Below are positions 14,591 through 28,324 of a stretch of DNA of 64,000 nucleotides, one piece after another; within the stretch, counting starts at the first letter, position 1; the number at the start of each line of letters is the position of its first letter. The position numbers and the translations under genes were made by a program. The notes under the pieces are model-generated. The model made no database searches, had not been told where the DNA came from, and saw nothing but the letters and a program-made list of their open reading frames with translations. The stretch spans positions 170,128,001 to 170,192,000 of the forward strand of contig OZ024742.1 of NCBI GenBank assembly GCA_964016885.1, given 5' to 3'. This stretch comes from Eledone cirrhosa (Eukaryota).

Positions 14591-14733
14591 TAGCCAAAGA
14601 ATTTGTATTTAGAATACTAAAATGTTATCTCTCTAAAGGACGTTTTATTATTTCTTTGCTCTTTTAATTACATCGCCATCATCATCATTACCATCACAAC
14701 CACTTCCACCACCATCATCATCATCATCATGAC

Positions 14734-14771
<38 letters not shown>

Positions 14772-14829
14772 CCGCAACCACCATCACTATCGTCACTACC
14801 ATCACCACCACCACCATCATTTTATGTCC

Positions 14830-15890
14830 ATTTTTCCATTCTTGCATGGGTTGTGCTGGGTTTTTACAGTACAGCCACCCTCTACTTGTTGTGTATATTT
14901 GTCGTCTCTTCTGTGAGGTTCAGCACTTTGACATCCACTCTCACTACTTCTGCTCAAGTTTTTCTTGGTCTTCCTCTACTGCAGCTCCCTAACACAAGGA
15001 AATCCTGGCATTTCTTCATTCAACAATTATGATCCATATGCAGTCTTGCACACTACATTTGATCGCTCTTATATCCAGTTTTTTCTCAGTTCATCTATGC
15101 CGGGCCATTTATGTTAACATCACACATCCATCAAAGCATACTCACTTCATTTCTATCCAGTTTCTCCATATCCTCTGCATTTACTGCTCAGCCCATGTTT
15201 CATTTCCATGCTGCACCACAATTTGCATGCAGGCACCATACAGTCAGCCTTTAATTCATAGAGAGAAGCCTGGTGTTGTCAACTGTTGTCCCTGAACTTT
15301 TTTCATCCTGTTCTTATATTATCTACTATGTTTCAGAGAAACCACCTTCACTGCTAATTAGGACACTGAGATTATTGAAACTGTTAACTATTTCTATGGA
15401 GCCTTCTTAGAATTGGAAAAGTTTACACTAAGGCTCTTACTACCAACTACCCTTGTGCATCCCCCACATACAAAGTCTGCCTTTTCTGTTAGTCTGTCAA
15501 AAATCCCACTACACCTCTTGTGTACCCATGTTTTACATTGTGTACATCATATAGAGTTCCTACCTACTCCTTTTCTGTGTATTGAGAATGGTCACTTCCT
15601 TGATGATGTCAATCGTGTCCCCTCTCCTACTTACTCAAGCTTCAATCTTTGCTAAGTTTACTCTGAGTCCTTTTAATTCTAAGTTCTGTTTCCTTGGTAG
15701 GAATTTCTTCTCTAGCTCATCTACAGATTCAGCAATAAGAACCAGGTTACTGGCATACAGAAGTTCCCATGGGAAGTCAGTCTCAAACTCCTCTGTTATG
15801 GCTTGGAGAACTATAATAAACAGGAGACTGAAGACTGAGCTTTGATGAACACCCACCTGCACTTTGAATTCCTCACTAAACCTATTACCT
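14830..15890 (-). mobile_element. Decayed RTE-clade LINE RT-to-3' fragment
   Basis: Minus translation FKVQVGVHQSSVFSLLFIIVLQAITEEF...PWELLYASNLVLIAES...GLRVNLAK contains degenerate RT motifs (QG..LSP, YADD); many stops and indels. Confidence 0.85.
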
Positions 15891-17514
15891 TCTCTAATTG
15901 AATCAAATTTTGGTATTGGCAGATTTGTTGAAGCATTTGACAAAATACCTTATAATATTCAATAATTATAACACTTTAAGTTCGAAGATCAAGTCCTGTT
16001 TTGTTTAACATTGTCTTTCATCCTAAAATGTGTAGCAGTTAAGTACTAGTAGTCTGTTTCATCATCATCATCAATTTTTATTTTATTATGCAGGACACAG
16101 AAAATCCCTAAGTAGGGGTGGGTCCTGTTCCATGTGTTTCTGTCCACCGATCTCACTTGGGCCAGGCCAAGCCAAGCCTAGCTTGATGCTGACTAACATT
16201 CTCCATCCGTCCTTTTTGGTCTTCCTGGGCCTCAATTTAGTTTATACTCCTATAATGGGTTATCTGCCCCACTCTTAAATAAGAATGGAAACAATATCAT
16301 TTACGATTACTCATTGACAAAATATTAGTAATACCAGTAATACAATGTGGAAGCAGGCTGTGATGGAAAGGACCTGTTCAACTCATGCAAGCATGGAAAA
16401 ACGGATGTAAAATAATAGTGATGATGATGATGATTGATGAGAACTGCCAGAAATCTATTGTAAATAAAAGTCAAGTGAATGTTGGTTAATTCTAGAAAGA
16501 GCTTCAGCTAGGTTGCTTTGATCATTATTTCCACAGCTATTATCTAAATTAAATTATTCAAGTGGACATTCCCTATTGGACACATATTTTCTGTAATGGT
16601 TAACAGTGAAGCTAAAGCAATTTAATGATGCTTTGATGTTTGTATGTTCTGTATTTTGTAGTTACTAGTTAATGTAGTTCCATGTGTGAAGGAAGCTATG
16701 TGTAAACTGCACAGAAATAGCCATTCATTTCAAAATCTGATAACAGTTCTAGTTTGAGTTGTGTGTGTGTTGGGGAAGGGGGGATGTGTATCTGTACATG
16801 TGGGTTTGTAGATGCATGTGTGGACATGTACATATGTGTGCACATGTGTACGTAGTGTATGAGCACGCGTGTGTGTATATGTATGTGTGTGCATAAGGCT
16901 TGATTGTTTTTGACTAGAAGCAAGTCAGATTTGTGCTTTAGTGTTCATGCCTTTCTCATGGACATTTATGAGACTGAAAAAAGCACCATCTGGGATTCTG
17001 AGCTGGATTCTGTACTGAGCAATTAAAAAACTGTCTACCCAATTATGCTGTCAATCTATGTCTAATTATCTCTCTTATTTAATGATTTTTATCTTCCCCT
17101 CCCTCTTTCTCCACTTCCTTCTATCTCCTCCCCTTACCTCTCTCCTCCTTTACCCCTATCTTTCTCTTCCTTTCCTTTCCTTTTCTCTTTATCCTCATCC
17201 ATCTCGCCTTTATCCCGCTTTCCCATTTACATCTCCCTCTCCCCCACCTCATGCTGTCTATCTGTTACCTAATACAGAGATATATAAATGTATAATCTTT
17301 GATGAGAGAGAATGACATAAATCCTTCCTCCTCCATGGATATATATCTAATAATGAAAAGTTTGTTATAAGACATTGTTTATATTATACTTTACTCATAC
17401 AAAGATGTGTTTAAACTAGTAACATAATCTTTGTATATAATGAACTGTAGATATAGTAGATAATACAATTTAACCTTGTTGTAGGTTAAATTTAGTTGGA
17501 GGAAAAAAAGAAAC

Positions 17515-17870
17515 CGCTGGCAGATCTGACCAAGGAAACAATGTTTCCATTGGTCTTTCTATTATTAATACTATTTGTTGGTCACAACGCCTGACAGAAA
17601 AATGGAGCTGATTGTCAGATCTGACCAAGAAAACAATTTTTTCATTGGTCTTTCCATTGTTGATACTATCTGCTGGTCATGACTTTTGACAGAAAAATGA
17701 AGCTGATTGTCAGATCTTACCAAGGAAACAATGCTTTCATTTATCTTTCCATTGTTGATACTATCTGCTGGTCACGACTCCTGCAAAAGAACAACACCAA
17801 TCATTAGATTGAACCAAGGAAACAATGTTTCCATTGGTCTTTCCATTGTTGATACTATCTGCTGGTTACA
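17515..17870. repeat. About 98-bp tandem repeat, about 4 copies (CAGATCTGACCAAGGAAACAATG...GATACTATCTGCTGGTC); inverted relative at 35330-35500
   Basis: Direct. Confidence 0.8.
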
Positions 17871-19320
17871 ACTCCCTAGGGCCTCAAAAGGAGTCAATTT
17901 GACCTTGGATATGAGGTAGATTTGACTGCCTCATTTTTAGTGTCAAGATACCTTATTCCCATTGTTGAATTTCTGTTGTTGTTTTTAAAGCTACATATAT
18001 TTTATTGTGAAATTTTATAATTGTCTTTTAAGTGTTGACACTTGCATAACATTTTGCCATTTATTTCCAATAATTGATTACATAAGAAATTCATGGACAC
18101 AGGTTCTTAATTTCAAGTTTTATTCAAGTTCATATTAACCCATGGCTGGGCCTCAAGGCTTTCAGGTATTTCAGGTCCCCTCTGGCACTTTGCTATTTCT
18201 CCTCATTATGTCAAAAGGGAGGGGGGGGGGGGCAACTGGGGTTCATGGTCCTGTCTTCACTATAAGCTTTGTGTTTATTAAGGAATGTTTATTAACCCTA
18301 ACCTTAACCATTAATCCTTTCATAGAATCATATTTCTAATGCAATGCCCTCTATTTCAGTTAATTAAAGGTTTTGAGGGATTTAATAACATTATGAATTA
18401 TTTCATTACAAAGATAGTAACTTAGCACATAGTTCTTATATAAAATTATGCTGGAAGATATTTAAAATAGGTGTTTTTGTTTCAGCGCCAGTTCTGGTTT
18501 TGACAGGGTTGGTGTTTCATAGAACCAACACTGGTTTTGGCCAGGTTGGTATTAAAGGGGTTAAAGCAGCATATATAAATATGCATATAACAAAGATAAA
18601 TGTAATTATTGGAAGCTGAGATGGAGGCTTAAAAATAAAAGGACATTGTGTAGAGTGTTGAGAGAAGAGAAAGGAAATTGGAGAGACAGATAAGGTAGGC
18701 GACTATATAGGACAGATAAGGTAGGCGACTATATAGGTTAATATATAGCAAAATATTTCTTTTAGCTTTGTTGCCTTCCTTCTCCCTTCACTTTCACTTC
18801 CATTATTGCATATATCACCCTACCTACATGCATGTTATACTCTTGTTCCTAAACATTCATGAATTCCCAGATGCCTGCTTTAATAAAAACAACAGAAAGT
18901 GTAAGACACAAACTCCCCCTCCTTTACTTATACACTTTAAACCCAACAAACCATACTTCCTTTCTTGTCTTAAACTTGATATACAGATCTATCCAGGATT
19001 ACCTCATGGATTTACTATAAGTGGAAGATTAGAAAAACAAATTCAAGAGAGATAAAAAAAAAATCATGATATAAATACTTAGATGAAGAAGTATTACTTT
19101 CCTTGCTGTTGTCTTTTGCTAAAGAAAACAATGAAGACTGGACTCAAAACTAGATATCACCTGTTCCAATACTGTAGTACTGTAGGTGTGTTGGCTTGCC
19201 TCAAAATATATTTAGAGGAAAACTCCAGCACCCTTGTGGTGTGTGATTCAGGGCTCATGTCTTCTCCCACTTTTTCCTTTTTTTCTTTGTATACATAGTT
19301 AATTAAAGACTATTTTAACA

Positions 19321-19368
<48 letters not shown>

Positions 19369-19465
19369 AGATAGGATGTGGTAAAAAACCAGGTAGACCA
19401 AAACCCACCAGAGTACTTGATACTTGGGGTAGTAGACTGAGTAATATGAAAAGATTCAGGACCGC

Positions 19466-19526
19466 GACAACTGAGCTCCAGCTGTTTCGACAGCTAGATC
19501 TGAACTAGCGTTCGGATCTAGCTGTC
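19466..19526 (-). ncRNA. 5'-truncated hammerhead ribozyme motif (long stem II, GAAA, stem III, GUC site)
   Basis: Minus: GACAGCUAGAUC-CGAACGCUAGUUCA-GAUCUAGCUGUC GAAA CAGCUG-GAGCU-CAGUUG UC; (TA)n lies where CUGAUGA should be. Confidence 0.55.
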
Positions 19527-19606
19527 ATATATATAGTTCAAAGTAACAGGAGTCAATGGTATATAGTGTTATTAGCTTCACGCTTGGTGAGAATGGGGGA
19601 GGTTAT

Positions 19607-19634
19607 GACGTTTCGGACATAAGTACTTCATCAG
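19607..19634 (-). ncRNA. Degenerate minimal hammerhead core (Penelope-type)
   Basis: Minus: CUGAUGA A GUAC UUAU GUCC GAAA CGUC; stem II has a mismatch and stem I is absent; flank resembles 43490-43575. Confidence 0.5.
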
Positions 19635-20104
19635 GAAAGTAGGGGCGAACTCCACCCAACCACACCTTTATCTACACCATTATCTTCATCCAAATGAACA
19701 ATAAAACACAAAATATATACCAATTTAAACAAGTTTTGTGTCATTTATTTTGTTTTAATTTCTTTCTTTCGGCTTCTTTTCATTCACTCTTCTTACCTCC
19801 ATCAGGTGTTAAGGGGCTCTTTGCTATAATTTGGTATGATAAAAGAAATAAGGAAAATAAAAATAAAATGTATATATCATCATCATCATCACCATCATTG
19901 TTTTTACACTAACTTTTCCATACTAGAATGGGTTGGATGGGACTTTTTGAGGCAATATTTTACAGCAGGATGTCCTTCCTGACACTAATTCTTTTGGTCA
20001 CTACTCAGGACACATGTAGTTATATTCTTTCTATTATCAATTTTAAGGGTTCTTAATAAGTCTCTCAGTAATATTTAGGGTTTGTATTGTTAAAAAATAT
20101 TGGG

Positions 20105-20385
20105 GACCCCTGGTTTAGCTGACCCCTGGTTTTGCTGTCCTTAGTCTAGCTGAATCCTGGTCTAGCTGACCCTTGGTCTAGCTGATCCTTGCTCTAGCTG
20201 ACCTTTGGTCTAGCTGAATCCTGGTCTAGCTGAATCCTGGTCTAGCTGACCCTTGGTCTAGCTGATCCTTGCTCTAGCTGACCCTTGGTCTAGCTGAATC
20301 CTGGTCTAGCTGACCCTTGGTGTAGTTGAATCCTGGTCTAGCTGAATCCTGGTCAAGCTGACTCCTGGTCTAGCTGACCCCTAGC
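20105..20385. repeat. 20-bp minisatellite (TGGTCTAGCTGA-ATCC/CCCT), about 14 copies
   Basis: Direct. Confidence 0.92.
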
Positions 20386-21364
20386 TTAGCAGGTCTCTTC
20401 ATGTTCATACTAGATATAGGACTTGCTAACTCTATCATTAAGATGTAATATCTTCTATCTGTATCCAGTCGTCAAAATGTAATAGGTATAAAATAAGCAA
20501 CTGTAAACAGTTTTAGAAAAATATGTATACAATAATAATACTACATTGTTAAATGTCCCTTTATATAAACTCATCTGTGTTTTGTTACCCTTTGTGTTTA
20601 TTCAGCTTTCTCTGTATTATTACAGACCTTGGTTGATTTTTATGTCTTTTGTCTTATCATCTGACTTCTTTCAGCAATAACATTTACCTTCTCACATTTA
20701 TTTCAAAGCAGTACAGCTAAAATATCAAGAAATGCCAATGGTATTAACAAAAAAATATATCTATTTCAAAGTATGGTTTGCTTTTTGTAAAGCTGCCACA
20801 ACACACAGTTTTAACTGTAAAGTAATTGAAGAAAGTTAGGGATATAGACAGAAGTTGGGCATATAGACAGATAAAAGTGGATAGAATTCCTGATTCGTTT
20901 CAATTATTTTATAGTTAAAATTGTGTTGTTGTAGCTTTGCAGAAAGCAATCCAATCTTAATACATGATATATAGACGTTTTCATTTGTTTACATTCTACT
21001 GAAAAGATAAAAGCTTTAAATAGCTGGATAGTTGTGGCAGGACCGCTTTGGCGTAATTGTTAACACAGCCTTCCAACATACAGTAGATACAAGGTTTCAA
21101 TATCCCACAGCTGATTCTGTCCACCTTTTTCGGCCTCAAGGGGTTATATTCCTGATTTATTTCATTTTATAGTTAAAATTGTGTGGTGGTAGCTTTGCAA
21201 AAAGCAAAAAGTATAAAATTCAAATCTTACTATATTTTTCCTAGACGTTTCCATATATCTATTTATTTTATATTCGGGTACAAGCCGAAGCTGAAGCATA
21301 TAGACAATATGCCCCCACCCCCTCCCACTGAATAGTGGTCGTGTAGGTGCCACGGCAAAAAAAG

Positions 21365-21625
21365 CACCCAGTCGTTAGGGTGTCGCTCTAGATGTTTGAT
21401 TGTGTCCGTTATGGTATTTCAGTGGACCTTAGAATACTTGGTGGTGCCCATCTCCCTGTAACTGGTGTAGCCAGTCATTAGGATGCCACTCAAGATGTTT
21501 GACTGTGTGTGTGTCCAACATGGCATTTAAAATTTCTTGGTTGTGCCACTCTTGACGTTTTATTGTGTTCATCATGGCATTTTAGTGGGTATTAAATATC
21601 CTTGGCGGTACCCATATCCTCTCCA
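21365..21625 (+). repeat. About 90-bp tandem unit, same family as 28325-28940
   Basis: Shared GATGTTTGA...ATGGCATTT...CCTTAGAA...TGCCCATCTCCCTGTAACTGG. Confidence 0.75.
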
Positions 21626-22464
21626 AGTGTCAGGTCCCTCCCTAAGTTTAGACTGCCAGTAGAAGCAGTTACCATGGCATGGCTAAAGACTGTCCCCGAG
21701 CCAAGTAAGAGTCAGTGAAATATAGTTCAGTTTAAGTATTTCTTGAGATTCTAAACCTGTCAAAGAAATGTGTGAAGACAACATCATCACATCTTGAAAT
21801 ATTTTCAGAATCTTGGAATTTGACATTAGGTAGGTAGTTGTTAGTAGTAGTAGTATGTGGTAGTGGTAGTGGTGTTAGTAGTAGTAGTAGTGGATAGCAG
21901 TAGTAGTCATAGTGGTGGTGGTAGTGATAGTAGTGGGTAGTAGTAGTGGTGGTAATACTAGGTAGTAGTAGTAGTAGTTCCATCACAGAAGTTAACTATA
22001 GTCAGTTGTACTTTTAAAATAATGTGCCAAACCAAGCCCCCAAAAATAAAACTTTTTTTCTTTTTTTCTTCCCTTTGGAATGGTTGACTACATTTGTTTA
22101 TTTACCATATGTTGGATATGTGGCAACATAATTGGAAGCAAAGATATTGCCATTCCGAATATGTATGTATGAACCCATAACTTCTGGTGGAGTCGTCATC
22201 CCTAAATATAAAGGTTTTATAATGAATTCAGTTAGTTCAAGGATATTTTAGTTTTTGTTAGGAAAGGCACCCAGCCGTAGAAACCAAGCCACAAACAGAT
22301 CTGTATGAGCAAGACATACGTCACCTGACCTGACTTGTCTCATAACGTGACAACTGATCTAACCCATGCAAGCATGGAAAATTGATGTTAAATGCTGGTG
22401 GTGGTGATGAGGATGATGATAATGATGATGATATTTAGCATATACAACAACTGTTAATATATAT

Positions 22465-22870
22465 ATAGATTGGCAGAACTGGTAGGGTGTCAGACAAAAT
22501 ACTTTGCAGTATTTAGTTAAGACTTTCTACAATTTTGCCTTTCATCCTTCTGCGATTGATAAAATAAAGTACTAGTTAAATATTGGGGTTGCCCTTTCTT
22601 CCAAATTTTCTGGCCTTGTGCCCAAATTAGAAAGCAATATATAGCTACAGAGTGTAGTGGATTGTCAGAATTGGTAGAGCATTGAATAAAATGCCATTGC
22701 AGTATTTGTCCTGGCTCTTTACATTCTAAGTTCAAATCCCACTAATGTTAATTTTGCCTTTCATTCTTTTGGGCTCAATAAAATAAAGTACCAGTCAAGT
22801 ACTGGGGTTGATTTATTCAACTTTTCCTTCCCCCAAATTTACTGGCCTTGTGCCTAAATTTGAAATCAAT
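22465..22870 (+). mobile_element. Two tandem family A SINEs
   Basis: Head, core and tail motifs occur twice. Confidence 0.78.
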
Positions 22871-23249
22871 ATATACCTACATACATATTTTGCTTACCCA
22901 CTCACTTACTCTTGTGTGTGTGTCTGTGTCTGTGCATGTGTGTGCAGGTTTTTAACATTTTGTTCTAGATATCTTTGTTTCCTAATAATAGAATTGTGTT
23001 CAAATTTCTACTCAATATTATTATTTAACCTTTTCATTACCATATTTATAATGAAAAATGTGGTTTTAAAATCAATTTGAAAATTTCTCGTTATTAAATT
23101 GGTGTTGGGAACATAACTTAACAAATGTTCTTACATAAAATTACAATAGCTTTTTAGATAAATTTAAACACTTTAACGCTTTTGACACCAACCTGGCAAA
23201 AACTGCCTCTATTTCTATGAAGCAATATCATCCATTTTAAAGGATTCCT

Positions 23250-23890
23250 ATTTACATTTATATCATCAAAGAAGCAGAAACTGCCGAGCTGAACAGTCTC
23301 CATTCCTTTTCGACATCCAAGGGTGCGTACTGCCACCTTCTGTTCATAATCTTCATGGACAGTATTGTCATGCACAACCAAGATGGAAGTGGTATTGAGA
23401 TTGGTGGGTGTAGGATCAGTTGGCTGGAATGTGCCAGCTTCAGCATTTGGTCATCAGAAGAAGATAGTGGGTGTAAAGCCACACTAGCTATTCTCAACTT
23501 GGTATTCGTGCCAATCCTTATCTACAGTCATGAATTCTTAGTTTTTACAGAAAGAATACTATCACGAACAGAAGTGGCCAAAATGGGGTTTCCAAAGAGT
23601 CTTTGGTGTAACAATACTTGATAGAGTGCATAACTCAGAGATCAGTGAGTTGTTCCAGGTAGAGCTGTTACTTCTCCGAATTGAGAGATCACAGCTCTGA
23701 TATTAAGGACAGATTTTATGGGCAGTGTTAGAACCCAAGCAAGATGGTTAGATAACATCCATGAGTTTGTCTCGTCTAGCTTAGAAATTCAGCCAGATCT
23801 ATTGGAGACAGTTGCTTCTGACAGGACCCACTGGAAGGTGTGCTTGAGGACTCTGCCCTCCACAACTCTCCCAGGAATAAGTGGGTGAAG
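23250..23890 (+). mobile_element. Internally deleted RTE LINE fragment
   Basis: Fragments QGCVLPP..FIIFMDSI..GIEIGGCRI and LAILNLVFVPILIYSHE...TERILSR; GAA tail. Confidence 0.75.
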
Positions 23891-24320
23891 AAGGAGAAAG
23901 GGGGACAACAACTTCAAACATAATTTGATCTAACAACCTTTTGTTAAATTATGGTGCAAATACCATCTTAATAATGAAATAATTAATAATTTTAGTAAAT
24001 CCTTCCAAATTATTTATCAACTAATTTAAATGTCCTTTATTAGCACTATGGTAATGAAAGGGTTAAAGAAAGCTTTGCATCATAGAACCAGGTGCAGTTT
24101 CAGGTAGTTTGGTTTTAAAAGTGTTAATATAGGCCTGTATAATAATTAACTAGATATTTTTTCTCAGCTAAATAGTGGAATAATAGAGTAGAATGACAGT
24201 GGGGTGATAAAGTGGAATGATAGAGGGGAATATAGTAATGATGTTGATAATGTTAGTGTGAATTAAGAGTTTAATGATAGTAGTGATGTTGATTATGAGA
24301 GTGTAATGATATAGAGTATA

Positions 24321-24507
24321 ATAATTGTTTCTACTTTAGGCACAAGGCCAGCAATTACCCAGTGCATCACTGGTACTTTATTTTATCGACCCCGTAAGGA
24401 TGAAAGGCAAAGTCAACCTCAGCGGGATTTGAACTCAGATCGTAAAGGGACGTAACTATGCTGGAAAGCATGGCGTCCGACCCTCTACCGATACTGCCAA
24501 TCCACCG
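24321..24507 (-). mobile_element. SINE family A, young full-length copy
   Basis: Nearly identical to 40183-40370 in reverse complement. Confidence 0.9.
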
Positions 24508-24768
24508 ATATAGAGTATAATAATGTAGTGTTATTGGTGTGTAATAACTTGAGAATTGTCAGCTTCTCTGATTTTTTTCAACTTCAGATTAGACATAGAT
24601 ATTCATCACTTCCTCACACTGCTCTACTCGTATAATTCAATTGGGCTAAAGTAATAAAACATATACTTTAGGTTCACTCCAGCTAAATTTAGATGCCTAG
24701 ATAATCTATTTGTAGAATTTTCCTACATGCTGCTTATATTATTGTCTTATATATAAAGAGAGAGAGAG

Positions 24769-24814
<46 letters not shown>

Positions 24815-25279
24815 CAAAATATAAAACAATCAAATTTTTGCTTAATACATTTAATTGCTGACGATCGTTTCTGTCTGGAATCATCGGAGCATACACAATG
24901 TTTAAATAAGTAATTATAATCCTAGTCCTCTGAACATTCATAAAGATACATTACTATTGACAGTGTCAGTGACATCATACTGAAAAGCAGGAGTGACAAA
25001 ATTATATTATGTTATACAGATATCAAAGTATTAGGAGTTGTTCTTATTTTTACCTCACGCCTTCATTAATATTATATATATTTTGCTTCATATATCAGTA
25101 ATATCACACTTCTCAATGATATGGTATCTTTTATCTTTCTTCTATATCATCCTTTTGCACCCGAATTACCTTTTTGCACCTGAATTAACTTTATGAATAA
25201 CTTTCTATATAATATGCTCACTATTTTCACTTTATGTAATAACCTCTTCACAACAGCTCCTGAAAATTAGTACTAACAG

Positions 25280-25410
25280 CAAAAGCTGGGAGTTAACCCT
25301 GTGATGGACTGGCATCTGGTCCAGGGGAAAATCTTGTGCTCTCAATTGCTTAAATACCAATGAAACCAGTATAAGATCCAGCCTGATGAGTCCCTGGGCT
25401 TGAGACACTT
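25280..25410 (+). mobile_element. SINE 3' part with a V-domain-like motif (CCCTGTGATGGACTGGCATCTGGTCCAGGGG); family of 45485-45710 and 36860-37090
   Basis: Motif shared among the three loci; the V-domain label is from memory. Confidence 0.55.
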
Positions 25411-25839
25411 TAACTTTTTTATAATTCTGTCGAGGACCATATTTTCATTTTCATTCAAAATGCAAAATTCAAACATTTGTTGGGCAATGATGGTACAAAT
25501 TTCTGTAGTAAATTCATACCTGTTATTGTTTTAGAAAACAAAACAAAATAAAACAAACAATGAGAGTGAATAATCATTGACTTAAGAAGCATTGGAAACA
25601 TTTTAAATGTAGTCATCCCAACACAAGTGAACATAATAATAGCCAATCACTATAAATAATAGTTGAGAAAATCAAGTAAAGTACTCCTGGAAACAAAAAA
25701 AACAAAACAAAAAAATGGAGAGAGGTTCTTGCAGGGAAGGCACCATTGTACACTTTTTTACATCTCCATGATTACTTTTATCTAATATTCTGAACAAGTA
25801 TATATTGTGCTAAACTATTATTATTATGATCATGTTAAG

Positions 25840-26060
25840 ATGGGGGGATTGGTAGTAATTGGTAGAGCATCAGACCGCATGCTTTTTTAGCATATAGTGA
25901 CGGCCCTTTATATTCTGAGTTCAAATCCCGCCACAGTTAGCTTTACCTTTCATCCTTATGGAGTTCGATAAGATAAAGTACCAGTAAAACACTGGGGTCA
26001 ATTTAATCAATTTTCCCTTCTCTTTCAAATTGCTGGCCTTGTGCCAAAAGTAGAAACAAA
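25840..26060 (+). mobile_element. SINE family A
   Basis: B-box GAGTTCAAATCCC, core and tail. Confidence 0.82.
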
Positions 26061-26664
26061 TGTTATGGTCATTTACATTAGGATGCCGACATTTAAAATC
26101 TAAAATATTGAGTCTTTTATTTTTTATTTTTTTTGTTTTGTTAATATGAAATTGAACATCTTGTGTTCCAATTGCTATTGAGTACTACCAACTGGTATTA
26201 TTAAGCTTTTGGTTAGGACTATCGTTTTTATATGAAGGTTATCATAACATAAACTATGTATAGACATGTATATTCATCGGAAGTTCTATTTATATAAGAC
26301 TCTGAACTGGTTGTGACCAGAAAGGAACCCCACCAAAACACTCCAGTTGTACTGTTTACTATATTCTGAAAATAATGTAAACTGTTTTTATTAACTTTGT
26401 TTAGATGAAAAAAAGAAAAAAAAAATCCCTGGTTCTATATAATTTAGAATATCTCTCTTTCTCAGATGCACACACACACACTCTTTCTTTCTCTCACACA
26501 CACCACTCACATTCACACACCCACACTCGGTTTGGAGACTAAGAGTGGTGGTACTTGATGCATGTTAAGTTGCAGAGTAGATGTATAGGTGTGTGTGTAT
26601 ATACACACACATTTAACCTTTTTGTTACAATATGAAAGAAGCTGCTTAGAATTTGGAGGGATTT

Positions 26665-26755
26665 AGGTGTAAAAGTCAAACTCACGACTCAGTAAAAGTA
26701 GGTGTAAAAGTCAAACTCACGACTCAGTAAAAGTAGGTGTAAAAGTCAAACTCAC
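26665..26755. repeat. 35-bp tandem repeat, about 2.6 copies
   Basis: TAGGTGTAAAAGTCAAACTCACGACTCAGTAAAAG repeated. Confidence 0.9.
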
Positions 26756-27195
26756 TATCTTCATTGATTATTTTGCCAACCTTTACCTATGGTCATGAGT
26801 CATGGGTAAATGACTGAAAGAATACAATTGTGAATACATGTACCTGAAATGGGGTTCCTCTGAAAAGCCTTTGAAGTGACATTACTCTATAGAGTGCATA
26901 GATCAGAGAGTCCCTCTAGTAGAGCTGCTACTTCTCCAAATTGAGGATCACAGCTCTGATACTACGGACATGAGGTTAGAATATCTCAGGAAAGAATTGC
27001 TGGACAGATTTAATTGGAAAAACCAACTGGTAGGAGACCCAGGAGTAGACTCTAAGCAAAATGGTTGGATAACATCCATGAGCTCAGCTGGTCTCGCTTG
27101 GGGATCCAACCAGTTCAATTGGGGACACCTGCTGGAAAGCATGCTTGAGGACTCTTCCTCCACTACTCTCCCAGGAGTATGTGGGTGAAGAAGAA
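26755..27195 (+). mobile_element. RTE LINE 3' fragment
   Basis: Colinear with 23480-23890 and with 1520-2035 in reverse complement. Confidence 0.72.
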
Positions 27196-27664
27196 CTAAC
27201 TTTTTAATTTTTAGGCTGGTGTTTGGAACATAACTTGACAAAGGTTTTTAGATAAAATACAAACACTTTAAAATAAATGGCTTAATATCATAGAACCAGG
27301 AGTAGTTTCAGAGAGTTTAGTATCACAGATGAGATGGTGGTGGCAGTAGGTGTGGTGGTAGTGATGGTAGGCACAGGCATCCCTGTATGATTAAGAAGTC
27401 TGCTTAGCAATTACTTGGTTTTTAGGTTCTGATCTGCTTATTATAATGGAGTATCATGGCATGGCTAAGTTTATCAGTGCAATATTCTTCTTCTCAAAGC
27501 TACGGATTATAATTATGATCAAGCACTCTGGCATGACACAGTTGAAAAAGGGATCATAAAGATGCTTTCCTGAGAGTTATGGTACTTGTGTAATAATAAC
27601 TTTCTTCAAAAGCATAAACATTCTCAGGTTTCACTGGTAATGGTTTTACAAGTTCATCTGCTTG

Positions 27665-27830
27665 TTGTTGTTGTTTAGTCCTTGGTCAGCAGAGATTGAT
27701 TGCAATGAGAGCTGTGATAATTTCATCTTTTGTCCCTGGCATAGTGTACCCAAGACCACATTATCAAATCTTTCTTTTCTAAAATGATAAGGAGTGATTT
27801 GAGAGAGATTTGGCTGCTATTTCTAAATGT
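27665..27830 (+). mobile_element. Dispersed short repeat ending GATTTGGCTGCTATTTCTA; copies at 31760-31890, 38300-38600 and 44860-45060
   Basis: Shared motifs after (TTG)n. Confidence 0.6.
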
Positions 27831-27939
27831 TGTTTATATGTTTATTGATTTTATATGTTTATTATTTCAAATTCAAAAGAATAAAATTTAAGGATAGTCT
27901 AAATTTTATTATTATTCATTATTATTCGTTTGCTTTGGC

Positions 27940-28085
27940 ACATAGAGTTACGGCCCTTGCCATTCTGAGTTCAAATCCCGCCGAGGTTAACTTTGCCTTT
28001 CATCCTTACGGGGTCGATAAAATAAAGTACCAGTAATACACTGGGTAATTGCTGGCCTTGTGCCTAACGTAGAAACAATTATTCA
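27940..28085 (+). mobile_element. 5'-truncated family A SINE
   Basis: B-box, core and tail. Confidence 0.85.
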
Positions 28086-28324
28086 TTTTCTCAATATCTT
28101 GTGTGTTATCTTAGAAAAGAAATGTTTTGAGTTAGAATATATCTTTTTTATGTTGGTAACCCTTTTGAATGTGAAATGGGAGTACAATGGCTTACATCTT
28201 ACAGTTTCAAATACTGTGGTTTTGAACATATGAAGATAAAAATCACGTTTTAAGAATTTTATAGAAACCAACTTAAAGTTAAAAGCTTCAACACATAATC
28301 ACAAAGGTCAAATCAATCAAGTTC

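Noticed and set aside
25380-25410. CTGATGAG hammerhead-like start
   Set aside because: Followed by GAGAC rather than GAAA, with no stem I or III; lies in a SINE tail
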